DNA from: Candidatus Methylomirabilales bacterium
GTDB taxonomy: Bacteria > Methylomirabilota > Methylomirabilia > Methylomirabilales > CSP1-5
Assembly: GCA_046758505.1 (NCBI GenBank)
Contig: JBHIAH010000055.1
Coordinates: forward strand, 1 to 17,804
Direction: 5' to 3'
DNA length: 17,804 nt
The notes below the pieces were generated by a model, which saw nothing but the letters and a program-made list of their open reading frames with translations, did no database searches and was not told where the DNA came from. Shown here one piece after another: positions 1 to 8,027 of this stretch (positions within the stretch are counted from its first letter, which is position 1; each line of letters begins with the position of its first letter). A program made the translations under genes and the position numbers.

Positions 1-4
1 GTGA

Positions 5-33
5 AAGTTACTCTGTGTTGAAACTCTTGTCAA
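5..33 (-). promoter_or_regulatory. sigma70-type promoter pointing leftward out of the window
   Basis: Minus strand reads TTGACA (33-28), a 17-nt spacer, then TAACTT (10-5), in an AT-rich patch. Confidence 0.6.
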
Positions 34-122
34 GTGAAATCTGCCTGCGTCACCCCGCTAGCGGGCAGAGTGTGTGGTCTGACGGGAACGGGCTCTTGCC
101 GTCTTGGTGAGGGACTTGGGGG

Positions 123-770
123 TCAGTTCCAGCGGGCGCGGGCCTGGGGACTCCTCTCCCGGACGCGGATCAGCAGCGCTTCAATGTACCGGATCACCTC
201 TGTCATCCGCCGTGCAACGTCGCGCTCCTCGAGCAGCCGCTGCCGGTGTTCCTTCTCGTAGACGACCAGACCCGCGATCCGATCCACGAAGGCCCCGGGA
301 GGATCCCGATCGGTGAGGATGTCGAAAAACCCCGGAACCGGCTCAGGGAGCGCGGACAGCAGCTCGCCAGAGATCTGGCGGAGGCGCCGGGTCTGAGGCC
401 CCAGCGCTTCGTCACCGCCCGAAGGATAGACGTCGGCGATCCACGAAGCCTCGCCAATCCGATAGAGTTTGTCCGAGGATAGTTCCCCATCGATCACGAT
501 GCGCCCGACTCCCTTGAGCACGATGTTCGAGCGACCGTCCGGCAGCGTCTCCGATTCGACGATCTCGCCGGCCCCCGCCACGGAATAGACCGGAGGACGG
601 CCGTGGTAATCTGCCTCCCATCCCGGTCTCAAGAGCGCCATCCCTAACCGCCGCTCCCCGGCGAGGCAGTCGGCGAGCATCTGCCGGTAGCGAGGCTCAA
701 AGATATGCAGGGGCAAGAGGGTGTGGGGAAAGAAGACCACGTTGGGCAACGGAAAGATGGCAATTTCCAT
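123..770 (-). CDS. Lon protease N-terminal substrate-binding domain protein (stand-alone; no ATPase or protease domain)
   Basis: IAIFPLPNVVFFPHTLLPLHIFEPRYRQM, LPDGRSNIVLKG and RQRLLEE are typical LON_substr_bdg motifs. The protein is only 215 aa. Confidence 0.9.
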   Translation of the reverse strand: MEIAIFPLPNVVFFPHTLLPLHIFEPRYRQMLADCLAGERRLGMALLRPGWEADYHGRPPVYSVAGAGEIVESETLPDGRSNIVLKGVGRIVIDGELSSDKLYRIGEASWIADVYPSGGDEALGPQTRRLRQISGELLSALPEPVPGFFDILTDRDPPGAFVDRIAGLVVYEKEHRQRLLEERDVARRMTEVIRYIEALLIRVRERSPQARARWN

Positions 771-774
771 CGGT

Positions 775-907
775 GAGTCCAGAGCTGAGAGTTGAGAGTT
801 GAGAGTTCAGTTCACGGTTCATAGTTGAGAGTTGAGGGTTGAGAGTTTCACCTATCAGGTATTGGAGTCTGTGACTTTGGACCCTGGACTCTCGACTCTC
901 AACTCTA
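775..907. repeat. Inverted heptamer-repeat intergenic element A
   Basis: The left arm has about 10 units of GAGTTGA/GTTGAGA type (775-844). The right arm has 5 units GACTTTG GACCCTG GACTCTC GACTCTC AACTCTA (873-907), approximately reverse-complementary to the left arm. Confidence 0.85.
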
Positions 908-916
908 AGCTGATAC

Positions 917-1540
917 CTAGAGCTTGAGGCTCACCCCGAGACCGTCCCGAACCGGCAGGATGGTGGTGTACAGGTGCGGGTTTTCGTAGAGCAGTTGCGT
1001 GTACTCCCGGATGGCGCGCGTGCTGGCCTCGGGCGGCTCGGGGACAACGACCCTTCCTCCCCAGAGCATATTGTCGGTGATGAGCAGACCTCCCGGCCGC
1101 AGCCGGGGAAGGGTGAGGGGGAGAGAGGCGGGATACTGTTCTTTATCCACATCTACCATGATCACATCAAAGGGGCCGGCCACGCCTTCGACGACGTGCA
1201 GGGCGTCGCCCACGATGAACTCCACTTTGTGGGTGAGCCCCGCCCGCCCGAACCACTCCTGCGCTAATCGGGCATTGTCGGCAGACCGCTCGACGGCGAG
1301 CACCCGGCCGTCGGCCGGCAGCGCCCGGGCAAACCAATAGGCGGAGTAGCCAAAGCCCGCCCCGAGCTCCAGGATCTGTGTGGCCCCGACGAGAAGGACA
1401 AGTTGGGCGAGGAGGCGTCCGACGACCGGTCCAACAATGGGGAAGTGCCGGCGGGCAGCGAGCCGCTCCATCTCCTCGAGGATGGTATCCCGGTCTGGGA
1501 TGAAGCGCTGAAGATAGGTCTCGATATCCCGCCGGAGCAT
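917..1540 (-). CDS. SAM-dependent O-methyltransferase (caffeoyl-CoA OMT/TrmR-like family)
   Basis: ILELGAGFGYSA SAM-binding motif I, GDA, FDVIMVDVDKEQY, LRPGGLLITDNMLWGG and a C-terminal LPVRDGL. Confidence 0.9.
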   Translation of the reverse strand: MLRRDIETYLQRFIPDRDTILEEMERLAARRHFPIVGPVVGRLLAQLVLLVGATQILELGAGFGYSAYWFARALPADGRVLAVERSADNARLAQEWFGRAGLTHKVEFIVGDALHVVEGVAGPFDVIMVDVDKEQYPASLPLTLPRLRPGGLLITDNMLWGGRVVVPEPPEASTRAIREYTQLLYENPHLYTTILPVRDGLGVSLKL

Positions 1541-1549
1541 GCCCGCGCC

Positions 1550-2119
1550 TTACGCCTGCACGGTTTCCCGAATAGCCAGGACGCGGTCCGCGAATTCTGC
1601 CTCGGTCAAGACCGGCCTGCACCCCCCAGTGTCGATTTCGAAATCGAGCGTGACCCACGATGTGCAGCCGCGGTAGGCTTCAGTTTCTTCAAACTCCACC
1701 GGTCGCGGCAGACGATAGACCCGGACCAGGAGAACGTAGAGGGGGTTTTCGGGTTTGTACTGATACCGCAGATCAATGTACGTAGGGGTCCAGATGTGGG
1801 CAGATTCAAGCTTCTGAAGCTTGGCCAGATCCATCGCCTGGATGACGTGCTCGGCGATCGCGTAACTGTCGACCCGTACCCGGCCGATGGCCCCTGCTTC
1901 CTTCAGCACCCGGCCGAAGGCGGGGTGAAATTCCGGGCGGATGTACCGTTTGTCCTGGTGGAGGAACGTGGGGTAGAGACCGAACGCCGGATGCTCCACC
2001 CTGAACACACCCCCTGCCTCGGCGATCCCCCCCTTGCGCAGCAGAAGAACCTGCCGTCCCTCCGTTAAGGCTTCCACGACGACCGCCCACTCCTTGAGGG
2101 CCACGCGACTATACCGCAC
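1550..2119 (-). CDS. DUF1802 family protein
   Basis: ALKEWAVVVEAL..GRQVLLLRKGGI.E, LYPTFLHQ and YRGCTSWV are the family hallmarks. GGAGG lies upstream of the GTG start. Confidence 0.85.
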   Translation of the reverse strand: MRYSRVALKEWAVVVEALTEGRQVLLLRKGGIAEAGGVFRVEHPAFGLYPTFLHQDKRYIRPEFHPAFGRVLKEAGAIGRVRVDSYAIAEHVIQAMDLAKLQKLESAHIWTPTYIDLRYQYKPENPLYVLLVRVYRLPRPVEFEETEAYRGCTSWVTLDFEIDTGGCRPVLTEAEFADRVLAIRETVQA

Positions 2120-2208
2120 GACGCCCGCTCCTCCACCCTTCGAACGGCCGGTGATCGTGATGGTGGCTCCGGCGCAGCCCTGCTGGGCTGAACCGTGCTC
2201 GCGCGGGG

Positions 2209-2589
2209 TCAGGGCCCGGTGAAAGGGAGGTGGGATCCTTCCATGCCTGTGGAAATGTAATCGCCGATTGCCTGCAGGGTCTCATCTGAGAGCTCGATAT
2301 ATTCCAACCCGGTGCGGTAGATCAAGATCCGCTCCCCATCCGGCTGCACCTCGGGCCGGTGCACCACCGACCGGACCACACGGCACCGCAGGCTTACGTC
2401 GCGTCCCTGCAGCTTGAGGATCAGATACGACATGGTACCCGGCCGGACGATATGGGCATGTTCGATCAGTGCCCCCCCGAGACTGATGTTCAGGAGCGAC
2501 GCTTCATACACGGCGGTTACGCGGCCCTTGGTCCTTCCCCCCACCACGAACCGGGGATATTGTCGCCTCTCGGGCCTCTTTCTTTCCAC
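2209..2589 (-). CDS. Single-domain PilZ protein (putative c-di-GMP receptor)
   Basis: RxxxR motif (ERRQYPR) and D/NxSxxG motif (NISLGG), plus CRVVR and YRTGLEY. Start placed at GTG 2589; the ORF-track start at 2649 is possible. Confidence 0.85.
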   Translation of the reverse strand: MERKRPERRQYPRFVVGGRTKGRVTAVYEASLLNISLGGALIEHAHIVRPGTMSYLILKLQGRDVSLRCRVVRSVVHRPEVQPDGERILIYRTGLEYIELSDETLQAIGDYISTGMEGSHLPFTGP

Positions 2590-2713
2590 AGCCAAGCCTT
2601 GGCGACTCCGCGAGCCTGAACCCTCCCTTCCCAGCCACGCCCGCCGCACGGAGACGGCTGCTCTGGACGTCCCGTGCGGGCGCGTCTCTCACCAACACCA
2701 TGTCATGCGAATC

Positions 2714-2742
2714 AGGCTATCCAATGAACGAATCGCTGTCAA
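2714..2742 (-). promoter_or_regulatory. sigma70-type promoter for the PilZ/DUF1802/OMT cluster
   Basis: Minus strand reads TTGACA (2742-2737), 17 nt, then TAGCCT (2719-2714). Confidence 0.6.
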
Positions 2743-2786
2743 CGGGAAAGGCAGGGAATTTTCCCCTGGAGGCGCTTCGACGTGCC

Positions 2787-2795
2787 TGTTATAAT
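2787..2795 (+). promoter_or_regulatory. Extended -10 promoter for polB
   Basis: TGtTATAAT, an exact TGn-TATAAT match, lies about 55 nt upstream of the proposed TTG start. Confidence 0.6.
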
Positions 2796-2849
2796 CGGCC
2801 CAAGCTGAGAGAACAGTCCGCCACAGTCCCCTCGCGCGAGTCTCGAGAT

Positions 2850-5093
2850 TTGACCTGCGATACGAACACCGTCCTCTTCGGTCACGATCCCACCCCGCGC
2901 CTCGTCGCCTTCGAGATGGAGGGGCAGGACCACGTCCGCGTCTTCTCCAAGAAAAACGGCCAGGTCACGTCCACGGTTTCCCCCTTCACCCCCTTCCTGC
3001 TTCTGGCCGATACGACTCTGCTGACCAATTTTCCAGGCGATGCCGAGGTTGAGCCCCTCCGGGGAGAGGGATTCTTTCGATACCTCGCTCGATTTTCGAG
3101 CCTCGCTGATCTGCAGAAAGCCCGGCAACACCTCCTGAGCGTTTCGGGGAAGGCGTCCACGGCCGCGGATGCGCCTTACTTGTATCTCAATGACCCGATC
3201 CAGCAGTACCTTCTCTTCTCAGGCCAGACCCACTTCCTCGCGATGGGCTTTCACGAGCTGACGCGCCTGCAAATGGACATCGAGGTCTACTGCGGGGCCG
3301 GATTCGAGTTCCCCAACCCGGCCCGGGACGAGGACCGGATCATCGCCATCGCCCTGAGTGACTCGACCGGCTGGGAGACAGTCCTCTCAGGGAGGGCCCA
3401 GACCGAGGCCGAAATGCTCCAGGAGATGGTTCGCCTCATCCGCGAGCGAGACCCGGATGTCATTGAAGGGCACAACCTCTTTCGCTTCGACCTGGAGTAC
3501 ATCGAGGCGCGGGCCAAGCGACATGGAGTCCCGCTCCAGCTGGGGCGGGACGGGAGCCCCCTCCGGGGACACGCCTCGCGGATGCAGATCGCCGAACGGG
3601 CCATCACCTATCGAAAGTACGAGATCGTCGGCCGGCACATTGTAGATACGTGGATCCTGGCGCAACACTACGACGTCAGCGCCCGCAATTTGGACAGCTA
3701 CGGCCTCAAGGACGTGGCCAGGCACTTTGACCTGGCCGCCGAGACGCGAACCTACATCGCGCCGGAAAAGATCAGCTGGCACTTCGACCATGATCCCGGG
3801 CCGCTCACGGAATATGCCCTCGATGATGTCCGGGAGACCCGGGCCATCGCGGCCCTCCTCGCCCCAAGCTATTTCGTCCAGGCGCAGATCTTTCCGTTCA
3901 GCTACCAGAACGTGATCCTCAGGGGCAACGCCACCAAAATAGACGCCCTGCTCATCCGGGAATACCTCCGGCAGCGGCAGGCGATCCCGGCCCCTTCCGT
4001 CGGGACCGAGGTCGTGGGGGGCTACACCGCCGTCCGCCACCACGGGGTAGCCACGCACATCCTCCACTGCGACGTGACCTCCCTGTACCCCTCCATCATG
4101 TTGCACTACCACTGTTTTCCCGCCAAGGACACCCTAGGCATCTTTCCGAGACTCCTCCGGGATCTCCGGCAATTCCGGGTGGAGGCCAAGCGGCGGGCCC
4201 GCGAGGCCGGCCGTGAGGACGAGCGGGTCTATCTCGAGGCCCTCCAGTCCACCTTCAAGATCCTGATCAACTCCTTCTATGGCTATCTGGGATTTGCCAT
4301 GGGCCACTTCAACGACTTTGCGCAGGCCAATCGCGTCACCAGCACCGGCCGCGATCTCATCAAGGGGATCGTGGACTGGCTGGAGCACCGGGGGTGCCGG
4401 ATCATCGAGGTGGACACCGACGGCCTCTACTTCACCCTGCCTGAGGGGCTGGGCCCCCACGCGGAAGACCAGCTGCTGGATGACCTCGCGGCCACGTTGC
4501 CGGAGGGGATCCGCCTCGAGCTCGCCGGCCGGTACCGGTCCATGTTCAGTTACCGGATGAAGAACTACGCCCTGCTGGACGAGCAGGGAAAGCTCATCAT
4601 CAAGGGCTCCGGCCTGCGGTCCCGCGGGCTCGAGTTGTTCCAGCGGCAGTGGATGGAAGAGGCGATGCGCCTCCTCCTGCAGGGCGAAAAGGACAAGATC
4701 CCGGACCTCACCGACCGCTACCGCAAGGACTTTGACGCCCACCGCTTCCCCGTCCAGATGTTCATGAAGACCGAGACCCTCCAGGATTCCCTCGAGACGT
4801 ACCAGCAAAAAGTGAAGGGCAAGAAGCGAAACCCCGCCGCCCCATACGAGCTTGCCCTGAAGGCGGCCCGGCCCTACCAGCCGGGTGATCAGATTTCGTA
4901 CTATGTCTCGGGGCAGGGGGTGAAGGTCAAGGTCCACGAGGCCGCCAAGCTGGCCTCGCAGTGGAACCCGGAGCAGCCTGACGAGAACGTCGAGTACTAC
5001 AAGGCAAAACTCAAGGATCTCCACGAGAAATTCAAACCCTTCTTCGAGCAAGAAGGGCTCGTCCCGGCCCGTCCCGAGGAAAAGCATCGGTGA
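2850..5093 (+). CDS. polB: Family B DNA polymerase (Pol II-like) with 3'-5' proofreading exonuclease
   Basis: ExoI DIE, ExoII GHNLFRFD, ExoIII YALDD, motif A DVTSLYPS, motif B KILINSFYGY, motif C DTDG and KNYA. The start is moved from 2700 to TTG 2850 because 2700-2849 overlaps two promoter-like elements. Confidence 0.92.
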   Translation: MTCDTNTVLFGHDPTPRLVAFEMEGQDHVRVFSKKNGQVTSTVSPFTPFLLLADTTLLTNFPGDAEVEPLRGEGFFRYLARFSSLADLQKARQHLLSVSGKASTAADAPYLYLNDPIQQYLLFSGQTHFLAMGFHELTRLQMDIEVYCGAGFEFPNPARDEDRIIAIALSDSTGWETVLSGRAQTEAEMLQEMVRLIRERDPDVIEGHNLFRFDLEYIEARAKRHGVPLQLGRDGSPLRGHASRMQIAERAITYRKYEIVGRHIVDTWILAQHYDVSARNLDSYGLKDVARHFDLAAETRTYIAPEKISWHFDHDPGPLTEYALDDVRETRAIAALLAPSYFVQAQIFPFSYQNVILRGNATKIDALLIREYLRQRQAIPAPSVGTEVVGGYTAVRHHGVATHILHCDVTSLYPSIMLHYHCFPAKDTLGIFPRLLRDLRQFRVEAKRRAREAGREDERVYLEALQSTFKILINSFYGYLGFAMGHFNDFAQANRVTSTGRDLIKGIVDWLEHRGCRIIEVDTDGLYFTLPEGLGPHAEDQLLDDLAATLPEGIRLELAGRYRSMFSYRMKNYALLDEQGKLIIKGSGLRSRGLELFQRQWMEEAMRLLLQGEKDKIPDLTDRYRKDFDAHRFPVQMFMKTETLQDSLETYQQKVKGKKRNPAAPYELALKAARPYQPGDQISYYVSGQGVKVKVHEAAKLASQWNPEQPDENVEYYKAKLKDLHEKFKPFFEQEGLVPARPEEKHR

Positions 5094-5156
5094 GGCCATC
5101 GATTCCCCCCGGGGCGCGGCTGACGATGCGCCAGGGGGGCTCCGTCGAGTATACCC

Positions 5157-7295
5157 ATGCGCCATCAGCCCTTACGCCTCCAGCCCCTCTTCGCGCCGCG
5201 GTCGGTGGCGGTCGTCGGGGCCTCGACGCGCCCCGAGAGCGTCGGCAGGGCGGTCTTCGCCAACGTGCTGCGCCACGGCTACACGGGAGTTGTCTATCCG
5301 GTCAACCCCAAGGCCACGAGCATTCTGGCCGTCAAGGCGTATCCCTCAGTCCTTGAGATCCCCACAGAGATTGACGTGGCCGTGATCGTCGTCCCGGGTG
5401 CGGCCATCCCACAGGTGTTAGAGGAATGTGGGCAGAAGGGGGTCAAGGCGGCGGTCATTGTCTCGGCCGGGTTCAAGGAGCTGGGGACAGAGGGAGCAAA
5501 AAAAGAGGAGGCCATCTGTACGGCGGCGCGGCGATTCGACATCCCGTTGATCGGGCCGAACTGCCTCGGGATCATCAACACCGATCCTCAGGTCTCCCTC
5601 AACGCGAGCTTCGGGAGACGGATGCCTCTCCCGGGTAATATCACGCTGATCTCCCAGAGCGGGGCCATCGGTGTCGCCGCCCTGGAGCACGCCCACGCCG
5701 AGCGGATCGGCCTGTCCAAGTTCATCTCCATCGGGAACAAGGCCGATCTCAACGAGAATGACCTGCTCGCCTATCTCAAGGACGATCCCCGCACCGACGT
5801 GATCCTCCTCTACCTCGAAGACTTAACCGATCCCAAAGGATTCATCCGCCTGGCCCAGGGGATTTCGAGGCACAAGCCGATCCTCGCCATCAAGTCGGGA
5901 CGGACAGTCGAGGGGGCCAAGGCCGCCTCATCCCACACGGGGGCACTGGCCGGATCCGACGAGGCCTACAACTCCCTCTTCGCCCAGTGCGGGGTTCTGC
6001 GGGTCGAATCCCTGGAGGAGTTGTTCGACTACGGCGTCGCCTTTGCCACGCAGCCGCTCCCGAAGGGAAACCGGGTAGCCATCGTGACCAACGCCGGCGG
6101 CCCCGGCATCATGGCGACCGACGCCTGCGTCCGTCACGGCCTGACCCTAGCCTCGTTCCAGGAGCCCACGACCGCCAGACTGCGGAGCGGCCTCCCCCCT
6201 GCCGCCAACATCACCAACCCGGTGGACGTCATCGGTGATGCTGGCGAGGACCGCTATGCCCTGGCCCTCAAGAGCGTCTTGGAAGACGAAGGGGTGGAGG
6301 GGGTGATCGTCATCTCCACCCCCCAACTCATGACCAACATGCCTTCCATCGCAACCACGGTTGCCCGGACCGCCCCAAGCCATCGCAAACCCGTCCTGGC
6401 CTGTCTGATGTCCACGGGAACGATGATGGAGGAGGCCCTGGCGACGCTGACAGCGGCCCGCGTACCCCACTACCATTTTCCGGAGGAGGCCGCCAGGACC
6501 CTCGCCGCCATGGCCCGCTATGCCGGGTGGATCCATCGCCCCCGCGCAGAGGTGAGGATGTTCACCGATCTGGACCGAGCGGCGGTAGAGCGGGTGCTTG
6601 CCCGGGCCAACGAGGAGGGGCGGCACTTTCTCCCCGAGCCCGAGGCCTATGAGATCCTCCAGGCCTATCGCTTCCCGGTGCTCCCGTTCCGATGGACGCA
6701 GGACGAAGACGAGGCCGTGCGGGCGGCGGAGGCGATCGGCTATCCCGTGGCCCTCAAAATCGTCTCCCCCGACATCCCCCACAAGATCGATGTCGGGGGC
6801 ATCCGCCTGAATCTGGCACACGAGGGGGAGGTCCGGCGGGCCTACGGGGAGATGCTCGCCGCCGTCCGGGGAGCCCGTCCCGAAGCCCGGGGACAGGGGG
6901 TCCTCGTGCAGAAGATGGTTACGAGCGGGAAGGAGACAATCCTGGGGATGAAGCGCGACCCCCACTTCGGGCCCCTGCTGCTGTTTGGCCTGGGGGGAAC
7001 CTACGTGGAGATCTTTCGGGACGTCGCCGTCAGGATCGCGCCGATCACCGGGCTCGATGCCCAGCAGATGTTCCGGCGGCTCAAGAGCTCGCAGATCCTG
7101 TCGGGTTACCGGGGAGAGCCTCCGTCCGACCTGGGCGCGATCAGCGAGTGTCTGGAGCGACTGTCCCAGCTCGCCCTCGACTTTCCGGCACTACACGAGC
7201 TGGATGTCAACCCCCTGATCGTCTTCGAAAAAGGAAAAGGCGTAGGGGTCATCGATGCCCGGATCTTCCTGGGTGAACTCTCCGATGACCGGTGA
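5157..7295 (+). CDS. ADP-forming acyl-CoA synthetase (acetate--CoA ligase family), fused alpha-beta subunits
   Basis: CoA-binding N-terminus (PRSVAVVGAS, YPVNP, SAGF, IGPNCLG), catalytic His in ASSHTGALAG, TNAGGPG and NPVD. The C-terminal ATP-grasp region has GYPVALKIVSPDIPHK.DVGG, FGLGG and ELDVNPL..DARI. No GNAT domain. Confidence 0.9.
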   Translation: MRHQPLRLQPLFAPRSVAVVGASTRPESVGRAVFANVLRHGYTGVVYPVNPKATSILAVKAYPSVLEIPTEIDVAVIVVPGAAIPQVLEECGQKGVKAAVIVSAGFKELGTEGAKKEEAICTAARRFDIPLIGPNCLGIINTDPQVSLNASFGRRMPLPGNITLISQSGAIGVAALEHAHAERIGLSKFISIGNKADLNENDLLAYLKDDPRTDVILLYLEDLTDPKGFIRLAQGISRHKPILAIKSGRTVEGAKAASSHTGALAGSDEAYNSLFAQCGVLRVESLEELFDYGVAFATQPLPKGNRVAIVTNAGGPGIMATDACVRHGLTLASFQEPTTARLRSGLPPAANITNPVDVIGDAGEDRYALALKSVLEDEGVEGVIVISTPQLMTNMPSIATTVARTAPSHRKPVLACLMSTGTMMEEALATLTAARVPHYHFPEEAARTLAAMARYAGWIHRPRAEVRMFTDLDRAAVERVLARANEEGRHFLPEPEAYEILQAYRFPVLPFRWTQDEDEAVRAAEAIGYPVALKIVSPDIPHKIDVGGIRLNLAHEGEVRRAYGEMLAAVRGARPEARGQGVLVQKMVTSGKETILGMKRDPHFGPLLLFGLGGTYVEIFRDVAVRIAPITGLDAQQMFRRLKSSQILSGYRGEPPSDLGAISECLERLSQLALDFPALHELDVNPLIVFEKGKGVGVIDARIFLGELSDDR

Positions 7296-7392
7296 CCGAT
7301 CACGAATGGTTCATGGTTGATGGTTCGTGGTTCATAGCCGAACAACGGAAATCCGGTTTTTCCATGAACCATGAACTCTGAACCGTGAACCT
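7286..7392. repeat. Inverted heptamer-repeat intergenic element B
   Basis: TGGTTCA TGGTTGA TGGTTCG TGGTTCA (7307-7334) face TGAACCA TGAACTC TGAACCG TGAACCT (7365-7392). In-register units TGACCGG TGACCGA TCACGAA precede them at 7286-7306. Confidence 0.85.
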
Positions 7393-7452
7393 GTTCGACG
7401 GTCTGCGGTCGGTCCTCGAAACTCGGGCCACGTCAGTGACGGAGCGGAAGCG

Positions 7453-7995
7453 ATGATGCAAAAGGTGCGGAGGCGCTCGTGGTGGCTCTGGTTGTGCATC
7501 GTGCTGGCCGTGCCGGGCCTCGGAGGGGCGGAGCGGTGGAGCCGAAAGTACATCAACAGCCTGCCCGACTCGGCCTTTGCCTCGATTGAACGCACCCCGG
7601 ACGGGAAAAAACAGCGGCACCTCCCCCATCACGATCACACCGGAGCATTAGACCTTCCTCATCTCTTAAATGCCCTCGCCCGCCACTCGCAGGTCACATG
7701 GCTCGACCCCGCACACGCCGCGCCCGCCCGGGCGCATCTCGCGGCCCACATGCAGCGGCTCCGCGAGGAGCGTCTCGCGCACGTACGCATTCGTCTGCCT
7801 CTCGACCTGAATCAAGCCACGGCCCGGGAACTGGAGCAGCTCCCCTTTATCGGTCCGGCCCGAGCCTTTGCGATCCTGGAAGAACGGGAGCGGCGGGGCC
7901 GATTCCAGTTCATCGAAGAACTCCGGGAGGTCATCGGGATCGGTCCCATCATCTTTGACGCGATCAAAGACCTGGTGATCGTGAAACACAACTGA
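7453..7995 (+). CDS. Secreted or membrane-anchored ComEA-like helix-hairpin-helix DNA-binding protein with an extra N-terminal domain
   Basis: Signal-peptide-like N-terminus (KVRRR followed by WWLWLCIVLAVPGLGGA). The C-terminus LDLNQATARELEQLPFIGPARA.AI..RE..GRF...EEL.EV.GIG matches ComEA tandem HhH. Confidence 0.8.
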   Translation: MMQKVRRRSWWLWLCIVLAVPGLGGAERWSRKYINSLPDSAFASIERTPDGKKQRHLPHHDHTGALDLPHLLNALARHSQVTWLDPAHAAPARAHLAAHMQRLREERLAHVRIRLPLDLNQATARELEQLPFIGPARAFAILEERERRGRFQFIEELREVIGIGPIIFDAIKDLVIVKHN

Positions 7996-8027
7996 GCGGT
8001 CCGTCCGCAGGAACCGGGAGAGGTCTC

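Noticed and set aside
775..907. Heptamer arrays (here and at 7286-7392) as CRISPR arrays or IS ends
   Set aside because: There are no 23-50 bp repeats with unique spacers, no cas or transposase gene, and no clear target-site duplication.
2796..2880. LexA/SOS box upstream of polB
   Set aside because: No CTGT-N8-ACAG or GAAC-N4-GTTC match. The short palindromes CTCGCGCGAG and TCTCGAGA are not assignable to a known regulator.
2850..5093. polB as marker of a prophage, pipolin or casposon
   Set aside because: No integrase, cas1, structural genes, att sites or compositional shift are visible, and the flanks are housekeeping-like.
5121..5157. Leaderless promoter (GAGTATACCC-ATG) for the acyl-CoA synthetase
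   Set aside because: There is no proper TANNNT at 6-7 nt from the ATG, so the signal is too weak to call.
4134..5165. 343-aa minus-strand ORF (similarly 3387-4112, 6147-6965, 9614-10480, 11720-12796 and 15612-16757)
   Set aside because: These are antisense shadows of real genes, caused by GC3 bias, with no recognisable domains or RBS.
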